Assembly: GCA_002633005.1 (NCBI GenBank)
Contig: NMRA01000736.1
Span: 102,246 to 166,245 of the forward strand
Length of the DNA: 64,000 nucleotides
Reading direction: 5' to 3'
Source of the DNA: Phoronis australis
Taxonomy: Eukaryota; Animalia; Phoronida
Below, one piece after another: positions 24,640 to 38,364 of this stretch. Below the pieces are notes generated by a model, which saw nothing but the letters and a program-made list of their open reading frames with translations, was not told where the DNA came from and did not search any database. Position 1 is the first letter of the stretch. The number at the start of each line of letters is the position of its first letter. The position numbers and the translations under genes are program-made.

Positions 24640-25640
24640 ATAGGTTGATGGTTTCAAATGGTTATCAAACTTAGTGAAACTACGTCGTAGAAATCCCGAT
24701 AAACCTTTCACGTAAGGAATCACAACCAAATTCTCACGATCAAGACTTTTCTTCTTATGAGTAGCTCTCGATAATTCCATTTTTTCGAACGTCCATTTAG
24801 GATAAACAAAGCCTGAAAGAGCTGAGTTGACGTGTTCCATTTTTGTGACGCAATCCTCCTCACCGGGCACCAGCGTGTGGTTCCTGCATAAATACTTTAT
24901 GACAGGAACCGCACTCTGGTGTCCATTGCGGAGGATCACGTCACAGAAACGGAACACATCAACTCAGTTCTGCCGGACTGGGGTTAACCTAAATGGGCGT
25001 TCGAAAAGTTCTCTAAGAGAATGTAATTACCGAGAGCTACTTCTGATGAAAAAAGACTTGATCGCCAGATTATGGTTGTAATCTCTTACGTGACAGGCAC
25101 TTTGGAATCCCTAAGACGTACTTTCGCTAAATTTGATATCAGCACTGCGTTCAAACCCATTTCTAGACTACGTAAGTAATTGGTGCACCCGAACGACTCG
25201 CGTACTAAAGAGGGATGTAGTGATTTTGCTTATAACATCCTTTCTGCGTCGTGCAAGAGTGTTTGTATTTGTGAAACTGGTAGACATTTTGGTTATAGAA
25301 TGGCTGAGCATTAAGACGACGTTGAGGACATGACCGGTACATAACTTTTACCAGATTGACCAGGAAAGCCTCTTTCAGTGAATTTTACAAATCAGCTATC
25401 GCTAATCCCGCAAGAAAACAAGTATGTGATTGATGGGGGAAATAACTGATACTGAAAGTGACACTAGAAAAAGAAGAATAGGGGAACCCGTCTGCAATAG
25501 AAAATAACCAAATGTCATGAACAGAGACAATGGTGCATTTAAACCTTCCCAGTTAATGGCGTGACCTTGACCACCACTGCGTCGCAGGGTCATACTGAGG
25601 AAGGAAGCATTCAGCATCGACTTTCGAAAACATCTGCCGT
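24640..25640. mobile_element. Penelope-like element fragments: inverted partial copy (- strand 24640-24850) plus + strand RT-thumb/GIY-YIG C-terminus (24940-25560) and hammerhead-like tail
   Basis: Minus strand: EHVNSALSGFVYPKWTFEK...LVVIPYVKGLS..LRRSF. Plus strand: EHINSVL...PKWAFEK, VISYVTG..ESLRRTFAKFDISTAFKP, LVHPND, YNI...SCKSVCICETGRHFGYRMAEH, KSAI, MNRDNG. Confidence 0.85.
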
Positions 25641-28599
25641 TTAATGCTTAATTTGCTGGATTTTCACAAGTTTCTTTTCATTTTTCAAACGAAGTAGTGT
25701 GATAGTTATTTTATAAATACCGCATGTACATGTACATTCCTAATTGCTGCATGAGCTGCCAAACTAAGAGATGTCAGTTACATCCTCATTTTGTTAACAG
25801 ATAATATTTACGCTAAATTACACTTTTATGTTAAAAATGTAAGCGAACTTCAAAATGCTACAAATTTTTGATGTTACGTCAACTTCTACCTTTCCTTCAA
25901 ATAACTTTCGGCTCACCAAAAACGAATGATTACATGGTGGCCAGTTGTTAGACTATAGATGAAGACAGGGAACAAAGAGACATATTGCTAATAAACTCCA
26001 TGAAGACATGTTGGGTATTTCTAAGTTCTTCCTCGTTGCAAAAAATAGAAATTCCTAGAAATTCCAAAAAATTACAAGTACCGGTCGGTGTGGGATATAA
26101 TCACAGAGCTCGGGAGCTTACTTTATTCCTTGTAAGGTCTTTCAAAGTATTCAAATCAGCTTGCGAAGGCCATAACGATTACGTCGAAACTAACGAAGCA
26201 CGTGATTGGCCCTTGGAGACATTGCCAGTCGCTGAAATCCAACCACTGAGATAAATTGTCCAAGTAACTCAAATTTTCTCTCAATGGTTTCCAAACAGGC
26301 TGGTAATTAGCTTATGAACAAATTTCCTAGATTGTGACCGTTAGTCGGAAACAGGTGAATTGCATGGCTGAATAATTTCATAATCACTGTCACAAGTTCA
26401 ATTTCCGATTATGTACAGGCGATAAAAATTGATTAGCAAGGTGTATAGAGAACTAAATATCGATTAAATTGACCAGAGAATGAAGAAATTTCTAACTTAC
26501 TGTTGCCAGCCAGGTTTTGACGTGGAAGACTTGATTTTACGTATACCGCCTTGCACCGATGTGGAAAAAACTGACTACGCGGTGCTATAAGCAACAATAA
26601 AAGTATACGTATTGCCTTTTTCGTTGTCTCACATTCTCCATATGGCAAGCTTAACTAATCTGCTAGGTACTGTGTGAGACTACAGGTGTACTGCCCTCAG
26701 CTGTATCTACTAAGATAAAAACCACGGACGAATATTTACAAATCTAATTTCGTAAAACTCGTCCCAGTTATTTCTGTCAAACCAAATTGAACTTAATGGC
26801 TTTGCGCTCCCATGTTGCCAGAAAATATTTGATCCTGGCGCTGTAAATTATTGGTGAGCAAGGCACACCCTGCTTTCCTCAAACTATGCTAGGTACCTCT
26901 TATGCTTGTAAACTCAAACTTCACGTGCAATGCACATGACTTGTGCAGTAAATGCTTGTACATGCATCAAACTTTTATGTTCGCCATATGCTCCGAGATG
27001 ATCAGAGACCATGCATCAGCGAAGTTCAGTTTCCAGCAATAAAAAGGAGAGTGAGGTTAACCAAAATGTTCGTTTAGTATGGCGTTAACATGAGGATAAC
27101 GCTCAGAAAAGACGGGCACAAAAGAAAACGCGACCAGGAGTATCTGACAAACTGTGCGCAGTGAAGTTTATTTAGGCTACGCAAAGTGTATAAAAATATC
27201 AATTATTAAGTGCCACCATTTTCACAGCACATGCCTGTTGATAGATGAATTCTTGGTGCGAATCCAGGTACCTTTCAGACAAGTGGAAATTGCCAACAAT
27301 CTAGTTGATAATGATACATTTTGGCCTGAATTTCCGGAATCTAGAGTGAATCGCACTTTTTGGTCATTTTGGCATCTTATTTTTCCGGTGGACGCAGCAA
27401 GGTAAAAACACATGGTTTTGTTAATTAAATTCATCTTTTTGTGAAAGCCCCAAAGTGCAGTCATAGTTTGTCAGTTTATCTTTTTGCCAGTACTAGAGAT
27501 AGAATGCAAACTACGGCTTTCATTGGCCTACATGTACAGTAGATCAGTGACAACGTCAAGTCAGCCACTTAAACTGTGGCCGTAGTACAAAACTGCAGTA
27601 TCCCCACACACATGCAATTAGCTGTTCGCACCCGCGAGGTAGGTCATTGGTGCAAAGGTCACCTATTTGCGAATTTTTTGTTTTCACGTTTTGGTTTAGG
27701 GGAGACAACTCGGAAACTTTACGATATCCACTTCAGTCAAGCTGTGTCTAAGGTCTTCTTGTGTTGAAAATTTGGAACATTGGAAAATAATTTGTGTAGC
27801 CCATTCAAGCTTGAATTCGACTCATTTTGATGGTGTACAACTTGTCTCCTGGAAACCAATAGCCCAAATCATATTATTAATATTACGTTAACACTTTTAA
27901 GTCAAAATTTCATTTTAGGAAAGGTACATGTACATTCATAGCAAAATAACCCCTCGGTCAATTTTAATGAAACCTTTTTTCAATGAAAACTTCAACAGTC
28001 TTTTTGTTTGTTTTTTTTGACAAATCGAACCGCAAAGTGTATACTAAGGTCTTTCCTAAAAATAGAAGTCTTGTTCGTCTTTGTTGCATTACGCAAATAC
28101 CAGGCCTACATATCAAAAATCCTTAAAGCGTTTTCGAGAATGATGAAAAAATATTAAGTTCAGCGAAATCCACAGAGCCGTTTTCGGGTACTAGTGTCCC
28201 TATGTTCAAATTAAAACCTAACTTCAACGGAATTTTGTTGTTTTAGGGGTATTGGGATAACGAGATACTGTAGTCCTAGCAAAGCCTTAGCAAAATAAGA
28301 GAACGCGAGTTCTATCACGCATATGATAGGTGAAGCTGCCTTTTCGTGCCATGGCCCATGGTGCGTCACTAATACGAGATCCGAGCATAAACAACAAAAG
28401 ATTGTATTGAAAAGGCGTCTAACTAGAACACCATTGTTCGCGGGTGTTATTCACAGCTGTTTGAATTAAAAGGTGCTTCTCGCGGTGACGTAGACGAAAG
28501 CAAGCCAATACGCCTAACAGTTCGTTACATTTGGCAATTTATGGCAATAGTTGAGTTGAAAACCTTCATAAAGAGACTGGTATAATGAAAATTCACACA

Positions 28600-29225
28600 A
28601 GACATCAATTCCTATCTGCTTGTTGTAGGTACAAATGTTTTAAAGGTCTTGTCCCATCTTACTTACATGTATATGCTAAGTTTAAGTTGACTACTAATAC
28701 TAGGTCCTCATCATCATCTGATTTCAATCTTCCTAAACGCAGAAGTGAAACTGGGAAACATCATCTTCCTACAGCGGGCACTTTTTATTGAACTCTCTCC
28801 CTGCAGGTGCCAAATCTACATCATCCTTTCTAACCTTTAAAAGAATTATAAGAAATAGATTTAACTTTATGTAGTGTGTAAGAATTGCATGTTTATACAT
28901 TTGTTATTTATATAATGTCTTACTTTTATTAATTATTTATTGCCTGTTTTTAATTTTTTATATTTATATTTCAGTTAATTATCTTGTCTTAATTTCTTTA
29001 TCTTCCATTTATCATATTTTATTTTTTATTTTGCTTCATCAGTCTTTCCATTTTAATTTTTTATTCTTTGCTTATTACTTAAATTTGTCTTTCATTTTGT
29101 AATTCTGTTTTTGTCTTACTATCTGTTTGTTTTTACTGAGGGCCCCCATGGAAAGCAATGTGAACTGATGGGGCTACCCTCATTGTAAATATTACATTAA
29201 TAAATAATAAAAAATAAATAAATAA
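28600..29225 (+). mobile_element. 3' end of a CR1/L2-type LINE (5'-truncated)
   Basis: YKCFKGLVPSYL...KF...NTRSS...LPKRRSETGK and NSLP...KS..S..TFK, then a T-rich 3'UTR and an (AATA)n tail. Confidence 0.8.
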
Positions 29226-30559
29226 GTGGGCTCATGGTAATACTCTTAACATACTGAAGAAACCAAATTTACAGGTGTTACCTTTCAAGGTAAGCTTTAA
29301 GTCGATTTCCCGAAGCCGAGAAGAGGCCGATTGCACTGCTACGAGTGAAAATTTCAAGGTCTTCGGTTATTTATTCAGTGAAAATTGTTTTCAGTCAATA
29401 TAACCTCCAGTATACATGCCTTAAACCATGCTAGCTATTTTAACCTTCAGTCGCAATGTCAACTGAATTTAACAGTGGGTCAAATGTTCATTGCTATGCA
29501 AACCACGCGCCGGGAAACTGATACGAAATGTATTTTGCTAGACATTTGTGAAATATTGTAAAAATGGCCAATTTTTGTGAATATGGTTTGAGATATCCTT
29601 AAAACCAAATCAGTTTCAAAGCAGCTAGTATAACCTTTGTGGCGCTAAGTCGACGAACTGAGTGCCATAGCTTCAATTCGCGATTTAGTTTCCAGAAAGA
29701 AACGATGTCCATAGAGTCTCTGAAAGAGCTTTGCATTTAATGCAAGATGCAATGTCACTCATTCGTATTCAGCAGTCCGATTTGCAAGCTGTTTAAAGCG
29801 ACTTTAAGCTACAGGTGTCTGATTGTATTAACCTATTTCATTCCTGGTTGCCAACAGCATGTATTCACTGATTTAAATGAATTTTACATTAATGCCTTGC
29901 GATTATCGCATAACCAGCAGTGCCATTTCAGTCACGTGATTTGCTTGGGAATTGATACCACATCTTTATTTTCTTGCGGGTGTTCATAATAGAGAGAACG
30001 TATTGTTGTATTCAAAAAGGATTTTCCGTATGAAAGTAAATAATGAATTTTTTCCGTCTTCTCTTTATTTACATTTATTCCAGAATGACCTTCGTTGAGA
30101 TTTTTATTACAACTGAACGTGTGGTTCCATATCCAAGGAAATTCAGGTATATTGTTTCTCAAAAACAACAGTCTACCAGTTATCTGAATCTCTTTATGCA
30201 TCCCTGCGATTTTTGCTCTTACCTCCAGCTTAAAATGTCAATTTGGAATAGATAGATGATAATTCAAATTTGCAAATCCTTACTTTTTACCATTTCAGAT
30301 TGCTTCTTAATTATTTGGACTTAAAACTAGACAAGTTTTCATATTTTTTTCAAGAGACATTGTCAAATTTCAATTGAAAAAATGACTACGTCAAAAATAG
30401 TCGATCACACGATCACGGCTAGCCACCTTATTGGTCAAACTCGGGTTCAGCAACTTTAAAGAATACTTAACCCACGTTTGTTCGACATAAACAGCAAACT
30501 TTCCATCTTGCCGTGAGATATAAGGCAATGCCATGTAACTCTCTTTGGCACCCAAAATG

Positions 30560-31100
30560 TTGAAACAAATATGAAAACTCCTTACAATGTCTGTTACACC
30601 GCCAAGCATGACTAACGATCAACTCAAGGCGAGTATACGTGACAACTTTGGGGGGAGACCGTACAACTGCATGCATCACCAAATCACATGATCCATAATA
30701 TATGGCACGGTGTGAAACCGCTGTTGGTCGAATACTGTCAAATGAGAGACCAAAGGTGGTTTATTAGCAGTTGACGGGAACGAGGATTGACTAAAATCAC
30801 CAAAATTCAGGATTGTGTATGCTTTTAAGTAAACTCTTAGTGAAAGCTGTTGTGATGGAATTTGTACGGGCGGATGTGGCTATAGAAACATGTCATCTGA
30901 GGGGGAAGTTAAAACAACAATTAGTATTTTGGTAGGCCACGCTCCGGCTCCCAACATGATGCCTGGAATTCAACTACAAGACATCGCCGAAGCTGGGTTG
31001 TTTGGTTTTGTATACACAGTTCTGCCCTTACTGGCAATTATTTATAATCCTAACCTCGGCAAGTTCAATCCAGCTGCTAGCCTCCTAGCGTCTGACCTAG
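30560..31100 (-). mobile_element. Possible degenerate LINE endonuclease remnant
   Basis: Minus-strand GAGAW (GGGV-like), ILNFGDFS (GDFN-like) and FDQQ...IMDHVI (Q.V..PT...LD-like). Confidence 0.35.
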
Positions 31101-34100
31101 TTCAAAGATCTATAAAATCTTTGCCCAGTTTGCGGATTTCTATCAATCTTGAAGCGCAAATCTTAATTTCAAATCCAAACTGGTCAATTGAAACCTTGTG
31201 TAACAGGGCTATACGACGGGCTAATCGGATCATTGAGTATAATACCTTCGCTGTACTGTCCATTCGCGCATTCAGGCCATGGGCCTTTATACGAAACACC
31301 TAGTGAGTAAAACAGAGTAGCAAATATTTAGAAGCGCTAAACAACGCCCAATTCTCTTCACAGGCGTAAGTTCTATCTTCCAAACCAACGTCATGACGTT
31401 TTTATGCTTTATTTAAATTGGTTTCACGTGCATTAGAGCCAGGAATTTCCCTGTTGGCTACACTGCCCTGACGACTGAAACAGTGAAAAACGGGCCTGGA
31501 CTGAAGCAAGAACAGAATGGCAGCTCTTCTCGCGATGAAGGTTAGAAAGCAGGTCTAATGGGGTAAATGAACGAAACCAAACATATTTTATGACAGCAAA
31601 AGTGGCCTAAATGAAAAGTTCATTTCTGACAGGGGGCCCTGATACGTTACCCTTGTAAATATTTCGTCAGTAAAACTTGAGGTGGGATTTAAAACGAATG
31701 ACATTAATATTTATTCGATTTGACCTTTAAATTTATAAATGGTAAGTGGTAACAATGTAAAAAATCTCGTCAAATGCGCAAGGGTTAGCTGCAAGCACCT
31801 GAATGTCTGCATATGCACGTGCATGCGGTAGACGACTTGGGTTACTTTTCGAAATAACGTATTATTTCGTATCTAGGCGCATGAACTTAAATACGCACAC
31901 CCATGTTTATGCTGAAGTTGCTCTCATTTTGTATATTAAAATGCATATATGTCTGACTAGAAATTCCAAATACTTCTCCAAAACGAAGCAAACTGAACAA
32001 CGTAAAATTAATTCACAGTGCCAAAGACGGTAAACCTAAGTCAAATATCTGTAACGCACATGAATGACAAATTCATTTACAGAAGCCTATTTATACCCAA
32101 ACAACCGCAACACTATTTTCTGGTGAGCTTGAAACCGGTGACATTTCTTGAAGTTTGTAAGTCTGAAGAGGTTTCGATGAGAAGCAAGGGTTTTTAGTGT
32201 AAACTTACTTTTAGTAATAATGCAGGCATGCGATTAGTAACGCTGGGACCTAGATAAAACCTAGTCAGTCATGTTCTCTTTGAACTACACGGCAATGTCT
32301 CGAGTGATCTCGCGAAGTCTTGCTTTTTGACGAGGTCCTAGCGTTACTGAACGGGAGGTAGATCTTAGCGATACAAAACTGCATTATAGTATCCATGGAG
32401 CATAAGGTACACGTGTGTCTCAAAATTAGGAGAAAACATTCAAACATTTGGCAATTCAGTAGACTTTACTGTCGCGTTTTGTTAAATCCATCGGTGTATC
32501 AAAAGTCAGTCAGGTGGAACCTGTCAACCTAGTAAGACAGTCAGATGGCATCGAAAATACAAGCAGGTACAAAAAATAAAAATGTGTTTTACTCAAACAT
32601 GACTAACTAAGTATTTTATTATTTATTTATTTTCTTGTATATTATTGTTACATCTTCATGTAGTCATTAAATGTCACGTCGCGTATGGTCGTATGCGCAG
32701 CAAGTGTGCGTGCGCGTACAATTCAATGCGGCGTAATTTGCAAATCCGTGAATGATCACTTATTTAGCTTGTAGTATATTCATAGAAAGCACATTCTTCA
32801 CTTCTGACAAAAAAGAATTGACACTGGTCAAACTTGTATTATAAATTACAAACCACGTCAATCCGAAAACGTTGGCATATTAGTGCAATATAAGTTATGA
32901 AATACTAGTTTGAAATCTCAGATATTGCGGATTACAAGAAATTCAAGCTTTCGTTCTTAGACGTCCCATTTCAGCTGTATCATTAATACAAATCAAATGT
33001 AATCGATACTCTTCCAGCCTACCAATCCATTTCCCTTCCCCGGCCATCACCAAGTGGACACAATAACGATCTAGAAGAAACTCAATGTCCTTTCTGTCTA
33101 ACATTAAGAGGAAATACTGCTCTGTGTAGATAATTAGAAATTGTATGGATTAAATTTTGACTGACGCTTGCTTCAGATTAATAGTTCACTACTCAAATTA
33201 ACGTTAAGAAATCAATGAAACCCTGGGATAAGTTGCACTACAATTTCTTAAATCGGAGATTGAGCGGAAACGCCGTCACATTTCTAACTGTTTTCAGTTA
33301 CAGTGTACATGTATAGCCTCCATAATGTTCAATTGGCATGAACGAACCTAATTTCCCGGGTTCCCAGAACTTACGCCATAATCATGTCGCGTTATGCCCG
33401 GATGTTACAACACCCATTCATAGACGCGGGTGTAACATGTGTCATTCATTGTCGAGTTTGAGTGTCAAAATGTTGTTGCTTTATGCGCAAGTGACTGTGA
33501 CAACTTTAGCACAAATCAAATTGACATTAAGATGAGACTACAAGGACCCCTGTAACTGACACATTTTTACTTGTTTGTTAAATTCCACTGCAACATGAAT
33601 GTTTCTGATGAGTGTTGCCGCATACTCCCTGTGGTCGAATTTTTCATCGTGCATGTTTCATAATCATCCAATATAACTTCTAACTCTATTTTTCACGTTA
33701 CTGCTCTGTTACATGAAATGACGTCAGTGTTCCTTTCACGTCTACTTGTTTCACAAAGATGAAAGTTTACAGTTCGGTTAGTTGTTTTTAAAAGTCAGAA
33801 GTCCTAGTTGTTTTTTAAACAAGTATTGCTTCAAGAAGTTTGCCCTTTCCAACAATAATCCTCAAAATGCATTTTTTGCCGTAAGACCGCTTTTGTCCAT
33901 TCAATATGGCCAGTATGTACGGTCAACATACTTCAGGCGTAAATTTGATATATTGTCGTTCCTGGTCCATAGTGCAGCGCATTGTGTTCTGCGCTTCGCA
34001 TACCTATTGTCTTGGATCACGTCCCTTTATATTGGAAACCAAAAATAGCGAGAAAAAAATCTCTTCCGCGAATTTTCGGGTTGTTAACCGGTAAGCAGAT

Positions 34101-34102
34101 AA

Positions 34103-34184
34103 CACCCCTGGTATTTCTTATCTGTCAGTTATAAACATAGTTCCTGACCGTGATGATTGCCTCGCTGTGAAATTACCAGGGGTT
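34103..34184. repeat. Small inverted repeat / mini-MITE
   Basis: acccctggtatttc ... gaaattaccaggggt. Confidence 0.5.
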
Positions 34185-35052
34185 ACGGAGCAATCCTCAG
34201 CAGAATTCCTCACATATCGTGATGTCGGATTTCTGTCAGAATATATGTTCAACGTCAAACTACCATCCAGCTTAGATTACAAATGCAGGAAAATTTGAGT
34301 CAAGTTTTCCTCAAACACTAAACTGAACTGTGTAGTTCGTCCTCAAACAAATCGACACATACATGTACATGTACATAGTTACATACAGATACATACATAC
34401 ACACACAGATCCCAAATTTGGTTAAATTCGGATTACCTTATCTCTGCAGACTCATCGGATTCATACCAAACTTTAACATACACTGCACTATGCTTTGTAC
34501 ATTGTTCTCCAAACGTTCTATAAGAAATCGCCAAGTAATCCGCTCTCACAAGACGAGCTGCCAAAAACAAGACTGGTGAATTTTATGAAACGGTAGAAAG
34601 TTGCATAAAACGTGAACGAAACGATAATTTAAAAATTTCAACAGCGTTTTTGACATTTAGTCATTTATATGAAACAGCATTTATGTCATGTTTTGGTGTG
34701 TTTTGCACTGAAAAGACCTGAATTCTTTTCACTTTTAGATGATATTTTCTTTTGCTGAAGTAAATTGTTCTGTTTTGTAGGCGTTTGGCTGAATGTGCAG
34801 GTTTTTTGCTGTGTTGAGAAATTTAGATCTGCTTAAATATCAGTTTTTGAAGAGAACCGAGATTTTCATATAATTACGTTACAGACGGTCTTGTTTAACA
34901 GCTCAGTAATTCAACGGTCATTTAATTAGAATTATTATAAAACATCGACACAGGGGCTATTTTCATTCTGTTTTTATTTTTAATTTCCCAGAAGTGTACA
35001 AAGACAATCATCACCTCTTTGAAGAAACTTCGCTCAAAATCACGATAGAAAT

Positions 35053-35200
35053 CAGTGGCGGATTTAGGGAGGGACAAGGGGGCCATGGACCCCCTAAAAT
35101 TCTCCCATATTTCATTTGGCAGTTCGGGGGTGCGAATGTCGGACGGGGCAAAATTCTGGCTAATATTATGCCCTGCCTCCCAACTCCTGGATCCGCCCCT
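35053..35200 (+). mobile_element. ~150-bp MITE, hAT-like CAG termini
   Basis: cagtggcggatttaggg ... cctggatccgcccct, with agaaat on both flanks. Same family as 6874, 43027 and 58592. Confidence 0.8.
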
Positions 35201-37650
35201 AGAAATAGCTAAATTTCAAGCGCAAACGCACGAGTGCGCGAAAACCCACACGTGTCATAAACAAACTACATGTACACTCTGAGCACATGGTTTATGTGTC
35301 ATGGTGTATACTATTTACTTGAGAATGGTTGTTTTGAACAAAATAACGAGCATCAAGAAATTACCTGCCAGCTACGCCGAGAGGAGGCGGCACAGACGAG
35401 GGAGAGCTCTGTTAAACGGTACCTTCTACTTGGTGAGAACAGCATACATGTATAGGTTACTTTGGTGATAAAATGTTCAATACAAAATTGTGTAAATGCT
35501 GTATTGGATATTTAAATGTCATACAACGTCAGCTACAAAAGCGTAAAAAACTTACCGCGATTTTAGCACTCCACCAAAACTCAGCCAGTCGTCACGAGTG
35601 TCCGTCGTCAACTGACGAGAGTACCGCACCAGTGACTGCTGAGGTTCCGGTCAAGATTGTGTTGCACTACTTTTCTCCGAATATAACTGTCATGGTAATT
35701 GGGGTGATATTGTTGGCCTCGTACCGCTGCTGTTGCTGCGAATGGTGCAAATGGACCTTCCTATTGATTGCTATCATGCGTTGCGCGGACTTCGCCAGCT
35801 CGAATTCTGTTCAGCTATTGTTTAGATTAGTACATGTACATGTATGCTAGCCATTGAGTCGCTCCCGCGTGTGTGTGGAGACACACGTGTATGGAATGAA
35901 ATCAGTTATCGGCCAAATGTGGTTGCCTTTATGAAAATTGAAACGGAACATGTAGACCTTCGTTTTGCCTAACACGTGGTTTAATTAGTTTTGTTGCAGT
36001 TGCTTGCTCTGTGTCTCCATAGCAACAGGATCTTTCAATGTCCCGTTGCGGAGTTCCAGAATCACAGCGCAATTTCCATCCAAACATTTTATACAAATGA
36101 TAACTCGTCGACAATCCTTTGTTTAAGAGAAAGCAGGTGCTTGTAAGGAATTAGCAAGGTGGTTTTTAAGCTCAAACCATGATCAATGTCTCCAGGCAAT
36201 ATCGATAAACCAATTCCACAAATGATTTATTTCAATAAATTTTGCTATACTTTCCCTGTGTCACGATAAATGACAACTAGACCTACTGGGGTTAGCCGGC
36301 TGTTTCCTTAAAGCCTCAACGCAACGCCACCTTAAAAACAATTGCTTTGGTTCGTGTTTTGAAGTGGAGAACCCTTTATAAAATTATTTCAAATTCCTCA
36401 CATGCCATACGCTCACATCAGGTGACATGATTAAACCTCAATAGAGCTCTGCCGCGACCGTGTAGAGCCTCTAGTCCACTGAGCACATTAGGTATTTAGA
36501 AAATATTGTTTTTGAAAGTGCGAGTTAGCATTCTTTGTTACACTCGATGACAAAACCATAACAGAACGAAGTTCACTGCGTATGAAAATATTCGCAGCCG
36601 CAAACTTAGGTTACAGACCACCCGACGTCCACATGACCACGGATTTGGACCTGTATACTCAGCTCGTTTACTTACTAGGCCCGGCCCAGTACACATAAAA
36701 CAGGACTAACTGACAACGGTGCCTTAGAACCACGTGCAAATTCAGCAAAGAATGATACCCCGTTTACACTATAGAAACATTAAATTGGTTAAGCCCGGTT
36801 TTAGGTTCAAGACAATTTGCGGAGCGTGTGTAAACGCCGCCGATTTAGTTGTAATCGAATATGCCTTAGTAGGAGGTTTCGAGCGGAATTAATTCTTAGC
36901 CGATACATGTATCTACAGTGTACTTCGCAAGTGTGAACGGACGGAGGAAGTGGCGTATGCATATACTTGCGCATGTGCAGATATTGGTTCCCGTGTATAC
37001 TTTCGTCCACGATTTCCTGTGTCGGCGGTATACGTTTGACATTTCTCTACACACTATTGTCGCAAAACAATGTAATCGAACCGACAATTGTCATCGTGGG
37101 ATTCCCGGGAGAACAAAAAATAACGAAAAATATAAATAGTGGCTGAAACTGAAAACAATCCATTTTATCAAGGAAGATCTTGACAAGGAAAAGGAGAGGT
37201 GCGCTATCAAAGGAGCTATCCAGCAGACGGTGCAGAGTCTAACCCGACTCGGCATTGGTACTGCGGTAAACAGGAAGACGAATAGATTTGAACCGGCCGA
37301 GATGGTAAGCCGCCCGGTATGTAACGAGTACGCGGGGACGTAACGACTTGAGCCGCGATGGGTTAGATTGACTTACATGTATATACCGTCTCATATCAAA
37401 CCGGAGCTAACATATCGACCTCTCACGGTGATAGTGAAAACAGGATACACTGTAGGAGTGAACCCAGGCGTGTTTTTTGGTACCACTGAGAGGAGAGTTT
37501 GTAGCTCAGGAACCGTGCTTTTTAGACGAGTAGGTAGCATTTACAGTTTCGTGATGTGCCTCTATCACAGATGAGAGCGGAGCTACAACCATGCGTGCAT
37601 GAGGCGTGGTGTTTGCGGACAAAAGTATCGTTTGCCAAATGGGTGAACGT

Positions 37651-38202
37651 TTATCGTAGGCCAAGTGCGACATAAGTCAGTAATAATTTTTAGATAACCA
37701 GAAGCCAAGAATAATTAATGTAATTAATATTTATTGTTGTAATTAGCATTTATTACAGTAATAAATATTTATTACTGGAATAAATCAACCAATCAGATCC
37801 CAGGAATAATCACTGAAATATATATCTATTACTGAAATTAATATTTATATATTTATTCCAGTAATAAATATTTATTACAGTAATTATTCCTGGCTTCTGA
37901 TTGTCTAAAGAATTATTACTGGAATAAATCGGGAAATCATTACACTAATAAATCGGACTTAGGCCGCACTTGGGTTATAGTAGGCCAAGTGCAACATAAG
38001 TCCGACGTATTTATTACAGTAATTATTCCTGGCATCCATTGCTTGATTTATTTCAGTAATAAATATTAATTACAGTAATAAACATTAATTACAATATTTA
38101 TTCCTGGCTTCTGGTTGTCTAAAGAATTATTAATGGAATAAATTACGAATTACATGTATTTGTGTAATTAATAAGACTTATGGCGAACTTGGACTACGAT
38201 AA
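37651..38202. mobile_element. Nested head-to-tail MITE dimer, AT-rich foldback
   Basis: TIR ttatcgtaggccaagtgcgacataagtc versus gacttatggcgaacttggactacgataa. A second TIR junction is at ~37955-38003. Internal repeats of taataaatatttattac. Confidence 0.8.
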
Positions 38203-38364
38203 AAGCTGCGCACCTAAATTACGTGCGTAAGTTAATTTTTTGTTAGAGACGTAAAGTAAATTACTTTACGCCGCAAATAATTACTTGAAGCCGTTAAAAG
38301 TTACCTTTACGCAGGAAATAATTATTTTACACCTCTAACAAGAATTAACCTATGCACATGATAA

